Below are positions 47,401 through 55,279 of a stretch of DNA of 64,000 nt, one piece after another. Each line of letters begins with the position of its first letter. The first letter of the stretch is position 1. Origin of the DNA: a virus; the IMG/VR virus record IMGVR_UViG_3300040801_002290, positions 96,001 through 160,000 of that record. One strand, written 5' to 3'. A program made the position numbers and the translations under genes. The notes beneath the pieces were generated by a model, which searched no databases, was not told the DNA's origin, and worked only from the letters and a program-made list of their open reading frames with translations.

Positions 47401-47745
47401 GCCAACGACTTCCTCTATCTTCCACCCTCGACTGGGTGCATTCTGCATGAAGGAATCCCAGTCGCTTTCTCCAGCGGCAGTGGGAACCATATGTGGGGCT
47501 CTATATTCCTTGTTTTTGTTTGGGCTATAGACTACATACCCCCTTTTTACGGGAATGGCTTTTAGTGCTTCCAATGCCAAATCTTGGTAAAGCTCGACCC
47601 CGATTCCCATTTTTTGGAGGTAGTCATAGGAATCCAAAGCAGACATATTCCCCTCTGCGTATCCAGAAGGGACTGTCATGCTTTTAAACGTGGTTAGTTT
47701 GTACTTAGAGTTCAAGGTACTCACCAACTTTTTCCACCTGAGCAT
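44407..47745 (-). CDS. Large portal-linked helical protein, putative ejection/core protein
   Basis: About 1100 aa; overlaps portal end; alternative TTG start behind SD GGTGA gives MNSKYKLTTFKS. Confidence 0.65.
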   Translation of the reverse strand: MLRWKKLVSTLNSKYKLTTFKSMTVPSGYAEGNMSALDSYDYLQKMGIGVELYQDLALEALKAIPVKRGYVVYSPNKNKEYRAPHMVPTAAGESDWDSFMQNAPSRGWKIEEVVGEEEEPELDDSVSSDEEIPEGFNPSQLKQYMGLDYTYGDVLKVAAYYQQYYDMQRAAYGNDPESLARIDDEEALVTETFNELIDAWAHRVDLLHEVSGGNVEQSLIEELEPLLKEAEGKIVHEPTQEDKKGISFPGQIKAKFKIKFRPGVRDANKPDRKDIHPKALVTALFVASKNGNQEAAKLLEGIRGGWNKDSQASINIAKLFPAFGKNQTEAYDSFYDILDSSKIPTDSREAERKAALAAGIRMAEYMSPPSAATVAEQKKKLKHQELLLRLEKSLILAQNSSGTSAEIKKISSDISKIKAVRDIIDSVETGNFVVQMALELGMTNDSGAEMTRGILDRLDKIFVFRDTNLSFTGIFDSLAPKTGDITPDHMEHIREVLKNKIVESPLILRGGKRQEEFSVKLQNEIFSEITSMFKKDPSKILTTMVLSGSRGTSIPSVGKVFTDYYRDSNAQYGAIFKEHIAPKLASRITALVGNNRTGMSPIDYMNTPEFSDKIRDFMVSDLSVPLDLAESATQRLVERAGIFQGHLNSAFNNSSTSRLSEYAARGFSALVVHAVQSAAGRFNVGMTLSPKIARLFSTVLMDAVDGYNSVTGSFHSASQALFAEALNRARFLPNQDSEDNFVWDASLREAVLANYIRKNGDTGEIIDDMTLVRFMSQDESAVPAHSMLTANIHSRASTIVGDDGLTILDSEEEALEMMRDVQSTNLFDKKSLTETTESLRGASRIMENFSAGEVANAATSRGVLLSESPVENSERYTLSSLATSLKRAYDMDRRGEIGRGEFEKLQNNYRAVVENRIKKLSPEYGEVLSTYVSQNLRLGSVSTIGHALESLSAVPMLLQHLESSSGSDIRESSVSGVVGLSWTGKGGEVYTFGKMDYAQNGTVDYMVIKQSPSGTDIFPGEGKMESSGGNIPHHGNSDNFNKLVTQMWKSNKGKMNIHPTMVLNMPNGSKDHSVAVHELSMNYEVQSIQAPGRTMSHGNLLTADELQRRMTI

Positions 47746-49981
47746 CCGTCAGATAGTTAGGTTGGAATTTGTAGAAATCCTCATATAGATAATTCTGTAG
47801 CGGAGCATCGAGGGACTTGTAAATAGCCCGCTCAATAGCTTCTTCCATTTGCATTGGATTTCCGATTACCTCAGAAATCTTCTGTCTCTTTTCATCAGAA
47901 AGGGTTTCTTTGATTCCCTTCGTAATAGATTTGATTAATGGCTCTTCACCATTCTCATCAACGATTACCTGTCCACTACCTACGTAGCGGGAGAAGATGA
48001 TTGGGTCTGCCGAATCAACATCAACAGACTTGTGAATTGTTATACCCGCGTTTTTGGAGAACATCTCGTAAGAATCAATAGGGGTTCTTAGGAACTGTCC
48101 ACCTGGGTAATTGTTTATGTCGTAAAGCTTCAACATGTCGTGATAGTTGGATTCATCTTCATACATGCTAGAGAATCCCTTAATCATCAACTCATGCGCC
48201 TCGTCCTCGTTCGCAGCATTCATGGAAAAGAAACGAGAAGACTTGAGGTTTGAAGGAGAGCCGACAGGAGAGGGACCTTGCGGCGGTTGCGGAGGCCCCC
48301 CTGCCATCGGGTTGTCCCCACCCATAGGCCCACCTGGGTTTTCGGGAGACGGCATTCCAGGAAGTGGTGGAAGGTTTCCGAGGTTGGGCATACCGGGCAT
48401 ACCGCCGCCCTCCTCTTCCTCGGGTTTCCAATTTCTGAGTCCCTGTAGAGGGGTATTTCCCCAAGGTACTGGGTGAAGACCCTCTTGGGCTCGATATTGG
48501 TTAATAGTTAGTACACCGGAGACAATCTTTTGCTGACTAATCATCCAGCGTTCGCGTTCTTTTTCTACATCGTCGTCTTCGAACCAAAGTCGGAGGTCAT
48601 TCTCTTCACGAAGCTCTGCAAGAACCTCTGTGGTTAGGTACTCAGAGATAACGCGCATGATGGTCTCTAGGCCCTTACTCTTTGTCATTTCGGCCTGAGT
48701 CTGAGACGTGCTTCGGTTAACGTCGGAAATAATTCCTACGTCCTGAGGAGAAACCTGATATACAGCGCAGATTTTACGAGTTAGGTATTCTGCCAACTCT
48801 CTAAACTGCATGTCCTTTCTCTTACCCTTGAAATCAATCCAGGAGACCTTACCGCCTGAAATAATCGGGACTTGAGTGTAGTCACCCATCATAATGGACT
48901 GTAGGTGACGCTGAATGGACTCTAGCTGCTCTTGGTCAATTTGTGAAATCATACCTTCGCGGGAAGGTGGGGGTTCAATAGAGATAAAGCCTTCGGGAAT
49001 GGAGCCACCCTTACGGTAGTAATCCAGATTTCCCTTGTCAATGAAGATGTCAGAAAGGACAGTGGTGTAAAGAGTCTCCATTGGAGAGAAGCCATAACCA
49101 AAGTACTTGATATCTGCCATCGGATAAGCGGAAAGAATGATTACGTCTTCCTGTCTTAGATAAACCTGTGGAGAGCCGTTAATTACCTGAACAAAGGCTT
49201 TCGTGGGGTCAACAAAACCGTACTCGTTGATTAGGGGTCGAACAGTGGTCCCGTCAACAGGCATCAATCCTTTTAGCTTGCCGTCTTCGTCCCTGATTTT
49301 AATAAGAATTCCACGGTCAATAACCAACATGTCGTTAAGAATCTTCTTAAGCATGTTTTCCCATGTCTTAGTTTGGGTAAACCACGGGTCAGGCGAAGAC
49401 AAGAGCTTTTTAATCTCTTTTATGTCACGAGTGCGCTTTCTGTAAAATTCCTCGTGCTTCTTCTGTAGAAACTTTATGGTTGAGTGTTCCAGGGAAGTAA
49501 ACTCTTCTGGCATCGCCTCGTAAAGCTCTTTTTTATCAGCTATGTAACCTTTTGGGTCCAGCCTGGTGTAAACCTTGATTAGAAATTCAACCTCATGCTC
49601 ATCGAAGGCTGGGTGATGTTCAATGTTATAGACACTGTATTCCAAAATGCTGGTTTGCTTGGGCGGCTCATCCTTGTCCTTTGGAATAACGGTAAAGGGA
49701 AGCTTGGCCACCTGGTGAGAGCGTAGCGTAAGAATGGACTTTACAACGGTGCTGTTGTAAGCAAGCATTCTTTGAGTCGGGAAATTGACTCGTCCAGGAT
49801 AGGTCTTACCAACGATATCGTTTCTGTAATAATCACTTGAAACGAAAACGCCTTCGCTACCGTGGTCTCTAGCCCCGGCCTGACCCACTCCTGCGATGCT
49901 TAAAGAGGGTTTTTGATTTTGAGAACGGGCCGAGGTTGTTCTTATTCGCCTCTTAGCCCCATTAATATCAATTTCTGCCAT
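47705..49981 (-). CDS. Portal protein with Pro/Gly linker and C-terminal extension
   Basis: RDEDGKLKGLMPVDGTTV, YGFSPMET, GSIPEG, KDMQFRE...RKICAVYQVSP, LTINQYR..EGL.P. Confidence 0.9.
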   Translation of the reverse strand: MAEIDINGAKRRIRTTSARSQNQKPSLSIAGVGQAGARDHGSEGVFVSSDYYRNDIVGKTYPGRVNFPTQRMLAYNSTVVKSILTLRSHQVAKLPFTVIPKDKDEPPKQTSILEYSVYNIEHHPAFDEHEVEFLIKVYTRLDPKGYIADKKELYEAMPEEFTSLEHSTIKFLQKKHEEFYRKRTRDIKEIKKLLSSPDPWFTQTKTWENMLKKILNDMLVIDRGILIKIRDEDGKLKGLMPVDGTTVRPLINEYGFVDPTKAFVQVINGSPQVYLRQEDVIILSAYPMADIKYFGYGFSPMETLYTTVLSDIFIDKGNLDYYRKGGSIPEGFISIEPPPSREGMISQIDQEQLESIQRHLQSIMMGDYTQVPIISGGKVSWIDFKGKRKDMQFRELAEYLTRKICAVYQVSPQDVGIISDVNRSTSQTQAEMTKSKGLETIMRVISEYLTTEVLAELREENDLRLWFEDDDVEKERERWMISQQKIVSGVLTINQYRAQEGLHPVPWGNTPLQGLRNWKPEEEEGGGMPGMPNLGNLPPLPGMPSPENPGGPMGGDNPMAGGPPQPPQGPSPVGSPSNLKSSRFFSMNAANEDEAHELMIKGFSSMYEDESNYHDMLKLYDINNYPGGQFLRTPIDSYEMFSKNAGITIHKSVDVDSADPIIFSRYVGSGQVIVDENGEEPLIKSITKGIKETLSDEKRQKISEVIGNPMQMEEAIERAIYKSLDAPLQNYLYEDFYKFQPNYLTDAQVEKVGEYLEL

Positions 49982-50007
49982 TTACGACACTCCCGTTAAC
50001 TTTGTAC

Positions 50008-50037
50008 ATTATAAGCTATTAACACTTAAACAATCAA
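50008..50037 (-). promoter_or_regulatory. Promoter TTGATT-N18-TATAAT for the portal operon
   Basis: Perfect -10; same -35 and spacing as the protease promoter. Confidence 0.65.
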
Positions 50038-50108
50038 GCTTGGGAATGGGTAAAAGACAGAATTGATAGTATACTCTCTATTTTACTATTTTAGTTCAAA
50101 AAAGTAGG

Positions 50109-52250
50109 TCAAAACGGTAGGGAGTCATTGGCTCTCTCAACCGCATTGACGATATCCTTGTTTTCTTTTAGCCATTCCGGGGTCTGAATTCTCAGCAACT
50201 CAGTAAGTTTTACTATCGCCCCGTTATAGTCCTTACTGGCGTCAAATCCCTGCTGAATGAGCAGACCGAATACTCTTGGCTCAACCCAAGTGTCGTTTTC
50301 CCTGACTTCTCCGTCTTTGAAAACGTGACTGTAAACAGAAAAGTCGATTCCGGTAACCTTACAGGAGCGGTGTACCTTATGTCCAAGGTCCACATCTACT
50401 GGAACAAGCATTCCAGGGAAAATCTTGGGACCCGCTTCTTCCATGATTCGAATGATGTTTGAAACAGTAGTTCCGCTGTCTTCTTCGTTAATTTCAAAGA
50501 TAACGGAGTCGTGAATTGTCAACACCATGTATCCCCTACCTGTCTCTTCAAGATACTCGTGAAGGTCTACGATGGCCTGCTTCGTAATATTAGCACTCAT
50601 GGACTGAATCTTGTGGTTCTGAGCCTGCCTAGCGGCACGATTTGTTGCCTGCCTAATCTCGTCCTCAGGCGCTCTCTTTGGAATTTCATACCAGCGAATT
50701 CTACCAAAAGGGTCCTGAGTATAACCGCGAGTCAAAGCCTCGGTAACGGAGGACTTTAGAAACTTCGCTACCTGTGGGTACTGTCCGAGGAATCCATCAA
50801 TCAAATCCTGCCCAATATCAGCGTTTTCAGCAAAACCCCGGTTAACAAGACCAACTGCGGAAATACCGTAAGGAATACCGAAAGATACACCCTTACTCAT
50901 ACGTCTAAGTGCATCACCAGGGAGAGTCTTACCTAGAGTTTCTACAGTAAACATGTCTCCCTTATTGGCGTTCTCTGGTAGCCCGAAGATTTTCTTAGCA
51001 TTCTCCCAGTGAACGTCCTTTGAGTTTACTGACTTGATAAAGTTAGCGTCGTCAGCCGCATAAGCCAAGATTCTCGACTCCATAGCCGAGTAGTCAGCAA
51101 AGACAAGCAGCTTTCCCTCTGCGGAAGAAAGGAAAGATTTAAGCATCTCAGGGGGAATATTTTGAAGGTTTGGCTTTCTGGACTTGAATCTACCGGTGGC
51201 TGTCTCTGTCTGCGGAAGAAGGGAATGAATTCTCCCGTCGGCCATGATGAAATCAAGGTATCCTTTACCGTAAGTAGAAGCAATCTTCTGACTTTCCTTG
51301 TACTTTAGAATCTTAGGAATTAGTGGGTGGTCAACCCCTTTTAGAATTGCTTCATCGGCGTTATCAAGGCCAAAGAATTTAGCTAGCTGAGTTGGAGAAG
51401 AGACCTTAAAGGATTTCGGAATGAAAGTTCCAAACACGGTTTCATTACCCTCTCGTTGAGCAAGCTCAAGTCCTAAGGCGTAGTTCAACTCTTTCTCTAA
51501 CGCTTCGGCCTCCTTGCCGTAGTCACTAGCAGCCTTTAGCCATTGATTTTTATCAATCAGAATTCCGCGATACTTCATTTCGTTAACAGCGATAGCAACC
51601 TTCATTTCAAGGGCTACAACGGCTTCCATTTTGAATCTCTTGATAAAGTCCCATTGATTTCTGGCAACCTCAACAAGATACCTAACGTCGTCCTTCGCGT
51701 ACCTAAGTTGCTCATCCGTCAACTCAGCAGCCCAGTCCGAGTTTCCCTGGTCTTTCTGTATCTTAGCCCCGTTCGCATAGCGATAAACAGTTGCCTGCAA
51801 GCTATGTGAAAATCTACCGGCTTTAGAAACACCGAGATTCTCATCATTCTCAGACAAAAGTGGTGTCCAATGTCCTAAATAATCCAGGTTCTTAGACTCA
51901 GACCGTCCAGAGACAGCCGTAGCAGAATCAACGTCAGCCTTACCGGCATTGAGAATCTGAGAAGCGAGCATAGTACACCAAATCTTATCGAACCTTAACC
52001 CGGCTTTAACCAAAAACCAGTCAAGTTCGAAAGAGGCGTTATGAATGAGAAACCTATAGTCCTCAGAGATTAGTCTCTTGATAGTGTTAAGAGTAGACTC
52101 GTTCCACCTGAGAACTTCTATTCTTCCGTCCTCATACGCTAATTGCACCAGGGCTATCTGACTACCCTCGTGTCTAGGCTCCAAAGCACCGCTACCCTTG
52201 CCATTACTCGTTTCAATGTCAAGGGCAACGAGTTTTTCGTTATCAATCAT
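50109..52250 (-). CDS. polA: Family A DNA polymerase with 3'-5' exonuclease
   Basis: DIET, HNASFE, YAKDD (exo I-III); DYSAMESR (A), RRMSKGVSFGIPYG (B), TIHDS (C); no 5' nuclease domain. Confidence 0.95.
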   Translation of the reverse strand: MIDNEKLVALDIETSNGKGSGALEPRHEGSQIALVQLAYEDGRIEVLRWNESTLNTIKRLISEDYRFLIHNASFELDWFLVKAGLRFDKIWCTMLASQILNAGKADVDSATAVSGRSESKNLDYLGHWTPLLSENDENLGVSKAGRFSHSLQATVYRYANGAKIQKDQGNSDWAAELTDEQLRYAKDDVRYLVEVARNQWDFIKRFKMEAVVALEMKVAIAVNEMKYRGILIDKNQWLKAASDYGKEAEALEKELNYALGLELAQREGNETVFGTFIPKSFKVSSPTQLAKFFGLDNADEAILKGVDHPLIPKILKYKESQKIASTYGKGYLDFIMADGRIHSLLPQTETATGRFKSRKPNLQNIPPEMLKSFLSSAEGKLLVFADYSAMESRILAYAADDANFIKSVNSKDVHWENAKKIFGLPENANKGDMFTVETLGKTLPGDALRRMSKGVSFGIPYGISAVGLVNRGFAENADIGQDLIDGFLGQYPQVAKFLKSSVTEALTRGYTQDPFGRIRWYEIPKRAPEDEIRQATNRAARQAQNHKIQSMSANITKQAIVDLHEYLEETGRGYMVLTIHDSVIFEINEEDSGTTVSNIIRIMEEAGPKIFPGMLVPVDVDLGHKVHRSCKVTGIDFSVYSHVFKDGEVRENDTWVEPRVFGLLIQQGFDASKDYNGAIVKLTELLRIQTPEWLKENKDIVNAVERANDSLPF

Positions 52251-52254
52251 AGTC

Positions 52255-52650
52255 TTACCTTTCGTGAGGGTTGAAGAAGGCGAAAACGTTCACAAAGGTG
52301 TTAAACAGTCCGAGCTTAGCCCTACCAATCGGAGTTTTAGCCTCTAAAGAAACTGCGTATCCCTGATTTTCCAACCACTCGGCAAGCATATGTGCCCCGC
52401 GAAGAAACTCTCTGAACTTATTAGACTGAACAATGGGATAAACCAAGTCTCTACGAGTTCTAAAAAGAACAACCAGAGGCCAGGAAGGGTCCTCTAGGCT
52501 GCTGTCATTACAGAAGATGTTAACTTGCCACTGCTGATTTCCAAGACTAATAACGGTATCGGTCTCGGGCCTAAACATCTCTGAATCGTAGTTTTCTATC
52601 TCCTTCTCAAAGGAGGTGCAGAGTTCGTGAAAGTCATTGTCTTCAATCAT
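52255..52650 (-). CDS. Hypothetical protein (131 aa)
   Basis: Coupled between the SLOG-like gene and polA. Confidence 0.65.
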   Translation of the reverse strand: MIEDNDFHELCTSFEKEIENYDSEMFRPETDTVISLGNQQWQVNIFCNDSSLEDPSWPLVVLFRTRRDLVYPIVQSNKFREFLRGAHMLAEWLENQGYAVSLEAKTPIGRAKLGLFNTFVNVFAFFNPHER

Positions 52651-53089
52651 TTTGGCTCCAATGCAGATTGTGGGTTGCTCTTCCCAATCTTCTTAAGGAT
52701 AGCATGACACTATGAGCTACTGATGAGCGAGAAAGGTCAATGTAGCACAGAGCGGCATCCGAGTAAGACAACACCCAAGACGCATAGGGTTTTGGGTTCT
52801 TGAGAAACGCCATGTAGTCCTTCTCAAAGACTATCTTGTTAGACACTCCGCGAAGTGCCTTTTTTCTAGCCGCTTGGTATGCCTTGCTACCTAGCACCTC
52901 ACCGTGGGGAAAGACTCCCATGAGAGGTATCGCAAGGGCTTCGGCTTCTTCTGCTACTAGTAGTCCCCACCCATTCTCAAAGTCTGACATGACTAGAGAG
53001 GGCTTTAGGGAATAAAGAGAGCCTTTAACAAGCTCCCTCAGAATCTCCTCATTTTCTAGTTTTTTCTCTCCCAGAGCTATAAGTTTCAT
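52643..53089 (-). CDS. Divergent SLOG/YspA-like protein
   Basis: GWGLLVAEEAEALAIPLMGVFPH resembles the YspA GxD...A...GIP....PF segment; CDS confident, family tentative. Confidence 0.5.
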   Translation of the reverse strand: MKLIALGEKKLENEEILRELVKGSLYSLKPSLVMSDFENGWGLLVAEEAEALAIPLMGVFPHGEVLGSKAYQAARKKALRGVSNKIVFEKDYMAFLKNPKPYASWVLSYSDAALCYIDLSRSSVAHSVMLSLRRLGRATHNLHWSQND

Positions 53090-53097
53090 ATAGGCTC

Positions 53098-53127
53098 ATT
53101 CTACTCCCTCACTAGCAGGCTGGTCAA
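53098..53127 (-). promoter_or_regulatory. Leftward promoter TTGACC-N18-TAGAAT, probably leaderless
   Basis: -10 ends 8 nt before ATG 53089; no SD; -35 flanked by inverted repeat CAGGCT/AGCCTG (53116-53136). Confidence 0.65.
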
Positions 53128-53218
53128 GTGAGCCTGTTTGTTAGTATCTATTCTACTTTATCTATTCTTAGGAGTATGAGTGACTTCAAGACCCCCGACA
53201 AGAACGCTAGAAACCGAG

Positions 53219-53227
53219 TTATCCACA
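53219..53227 (+). promoter_or_regulatory. DnaA-box consensus TTATCCACA
   Basis: Exact 9-mer in the strand-switch region; only one copy seen. Confidence 0.4.
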
Positions 53228-53235
53228 GGAGAAGT

Positions 53236-53279
53236 TTTGGAAAAATTTTTCCCAACTCTCGGAAGAATTTTTCCCAACT
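53236..53279. repeat. Tandem 22-bp repeat with palindromic core GGAAAAATTTTTCC
   Basis: TTTGGAAAAATTTTTCCCAACT / CTCGGAAGAATTTTTCCCAACT, 19 of 22 identical. Confidence 0.85.
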
Positions 53280-53308
53280 TGCCTTCTTACCACTCCGCAG
53301 TGTAGAAT
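53279..53308 (+). promoter_or_regulatory. Rightward promoter TTGCCT-N18-TAGAAT
   Basis: Upstream of SD AAGGGAG and ATG 53329; abuts the second palindrome. Confidence 0.6.
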
Positions 53309-53328
53309 AATTGCAGAAGGGAGTTGTT

Positions 53329-53562
53329 ATGTATATCTTCGGATTTCCCATAACAGACGACAATTCCTGGGATGAAGACCCCTTCGAAATGGTGGGTCAT
53401 GTTCCGGAGGACGATATCTGTGAAGTGTGTCATGTGTACAAGGATTCACAAGGTCAAAAGTACATAGGCATTGAGGTTGCCTTGGGCATAAGCGTATCGG
53501 ATATGAAGGACTTGTTACTCCCCTTCTCGGAGGACTTAGATATAAGAAAGGTCATAAAGTGA
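53329..53562 (+). CDS. Small acidic hypothetical protein
   Basis: SD-supported ATG 53329 (MYIFGFP...), preferred to track TTG 53311. Confidence 0.7.
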   Translation: MYIFGFPITDDNSWDEDPFEMVGHVPEDDICEVCHVYKDSQGQKYIGIEVALGISVSDMKDLLLPFSEDLDIRKVIK

Positions 53563-53798
53563 AAAAACTTGTTGTGCATACAAGCGAGTTAGACCAAGAA
53601 CTTACCAACCAAATCGAGCTTCATTCTACCATGCAGATGTCTTACGGTCTATACGAATTCAATAGGGACAAGCTAGTAAAAGAGTTGTGTAAGGTTTTTA
53701 ATTTGGAGATGGTAGGCGAGGAACCCCCGATATTCATCCTTCAAGATAAGGAGGGGAAAACCATAAGCCTTATCATGAAGGAAGAGTATTTTGGATAA
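53559..53798 (+). CDS. Hypothetical protein (79 aa)
   Basis: GTGA overlap with the previous gene. Confidence 0.65.
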   Translation: MKKLVVHTSELDQELTNQIELHSTMQMSYGLYEFNRDKLVKELCKVFNLEMVGEEPPIFILQDKEGKTISLIMKEEYFG

Positions 53799-54003
53799 AC
53801 ATAGTCTGGAAATTTATTATAGTAGGTTCGGTGTACTCGTTAGACCCATTCTTCACACACTCGGGTTTGACTACAATCGAGTCTACTATTCTATTGATGC
53901 AGTTATCGAAGATTTTTGGAGAAACGGCTGGAAGGTGACCGATATTCAAGGAAGTATAGAGCCCCACTCTGGGAGTTTTTACACTTTCGAAAAAAGGACT
54001 TAG
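53791..54003 (+). CDS. Hypothetical protein (70 aa)
   Basis: Overlap-coupled in the plus-strand operon. Confidence 0.55.
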   Translation: MDKHSLEIYYSRFGVLVRPILHTLGFDYNRVYYSIDAVIEDFWRNGWKVTDIQGSIEPHSGSFYTFEKRT

Positions 54004-54006
54004 CCA

Positions 54007-54366
54007 ATGAAATTCCTGCAAAAAATAAACCCAGATACCTGGATGACCGTGCAAGGTTCTATTGCCTTGGTCTGGGGTATATGGTACGCAAATCCTGTGG
54101 TTAGAAACATTCTAGACGGTAGTGCTTCTTATTTTGAGCCGCCCCTTATTGTTGGTGTTTTTGCCGCCGTTTTAGGTATTCTATCTGTCACACCCATAAG
54201 AAAAACATTTAAAAGAGCCCTAGGAATAGCTCATATACTTTTTTGGACCTATTTGACTATATTCTTAGCTCTGACAAACATTGCCTCTTCTATATTTCCG
54301 GTCGGCGTTGTTTTAGTGATAGTCTCTGTTCTAGTCTACGTACTACAGGAAAGTTATGTTCGATAA
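54007..54366 (+). CDS. Multi-pass membrane protein (holin candidate)
   Basis: 119 aa with about four hydrophobic segments. Confidence 0.6.
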   Translation: MKFLQKINPDTWMTVQGSIALVWGIWYANPVVRNILDGSASYFEPPLIVGVFAAVLGILSVTPIRKTFKRALGIAHILFWTYLTIFLALTNIASSIFPVGVVLVIVSVLVYVLQESYVR

Positions 54367-54778
54367 TGTTCCCCCAGAAATTCTTATTCCCGCCTTGTCT
54401 GCTATAGGGTTAGCTGCTCTAGCTCATATAGTTACTATTCTTATGCAGATTAGGTCTAATAAGCATGATTTTAGCATGAAGACCTTTGAAAGCGTCACAA
54501 AAGAGTTATCAGACAAGAACGATGAACTATCTGACGAGAGGAAGGACAACAGGGAGTTGTCTGCCACAAACGTGCAATTGTTAGGAGAGAAGTACCTACT
54601 AGAAGCAAACCTACAGGTCATGCAAAACCAGAGAGACGAGTCTAGAGAAGAAGTTACAGAGCTAGAGAATGATAACAGAAGGCTAAAGGAAAAAATCTTT
54701 CAACTTAACACAGAGGTTGAAGTTCTTAAAAAGACCAATGAGAAACTGACTCAAAAAATAGAAGAGCTAGACTCATAG
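54356..54778 (+). CDS. Single-TM plus coiled-coil protein
   Basis: ILIPALSAIGLAALAHIVTILM followed by about 100 aa of heptads. Confidence 0.7.
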   Translation: MFDNVPPEILIPALSAIGLAALAHIVTILMQIRSNKHDFSMKTFESVTKELSDKNDELSDERKDNRELSATNVQLLGEKYLLEANLQVMQNQRDESREEVTELENDNRRLKEKIFQLNTEVEVLKKTNEKLTQKIEELDS

Positions 54779-54808
54779 GATACTCATAGTCTCAGTGTAG
54801 ACTGAGGC

Positions 54809-55279
54809 ATGAACATCTTCGTACTAGACAGAGACCCGCGCTTAGCCGCTGAATACCACTGCGACAAGCATGTGATTAAAATGATACTAGAGACGGCACA
54901 ACTGCTGTCTGCCGCGCACCATGTTTTAGATGGTGAGAAGCCCGGACTTTACAAGCTCACTCATAAGAACCATCCCTGCTCTCTGTGGACCCGTGAGAGC
55001 CGGGAGAATTATTTTTGGACCCTCAACCTAGGGCTCTGGCTACTTTATGAGTATGAAAAAAGATATGGGAAAACCCATAAGACCTCAGAGGTAATGGAGA
55101 GGCTTAAGACGGCCCCGAAAAACACCCCCTACGGTAGACTCACCACTTTCGCCCAAGCAATGCCAGAAATATACCAAAGAGAAGATGCGGTAGAAGCCTA
55201 CCGCACCTACTACATAGCTGAAAAAGCGCCTATCTGTAAATGGAAAACTCAAACTCCCTGGTGGTTCGTCACGTCATAG
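54809..55279 (+). CDS. Pyrimidine-dimer DNA glycosylase (endonuclease V/DenV family)
   Basis: MNIFVLD...HCDKHVIKMILETAQLLS...THKNHPC..W...NY.W...YEYEKRYGKTH. Confidence 0.8.
   Translation: MNIFVLDRDPRLAAEYHCDKHVIKMILETAQLLSAAHHVLDGEKPGLYKLTHKNHPCSLWTRESRENYFWTLNLGLWLLYEYEKRYGKTHKTSEVMERLKTAPKNTPYGRLTTFAQAMPEIYQREDAVEAYRTYYIAEKAPICKWKTQTPWWFVTS

Noticed and set aside
44407-47745. Virion RNA polymerase
   Set aside because: No NADFDGD/DxDGD or T7-type motifs seen in this or the 697- and 1025-aa proteins.
50070-50100. Second portal promoter TTGAAC...TATACT
   Set aside because: Spacer is 20 bp, too long; the 50008-50037 promoter fits better.
25-52000. The many short plus-strand ORFs (e.g. 7593..7892, 10098..10328, 34492..34824, 46061..46444)
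   Set aside because: All lie antisense to long, motif-supported genes; shadow ORFs.
47705-52250. Intein or intron in portal or polA
   Set aside because: Both are uninterrupted with motifs in order; no C...HN splice or LAGLIDADG signatures; the extra portal length is a C-terminal tail.
53236-53279. CRISPR mini-array
   Set aside because: Only two abutting units, no spacer, no cas genes.
53128-53363. Track ORFs 53128..53310 (+) and 53148..53363 (-)
   Set aside because: They run through promoters and palindromes, lack a properly spaced SD and have atypical composition; better read as regulatory DNA.
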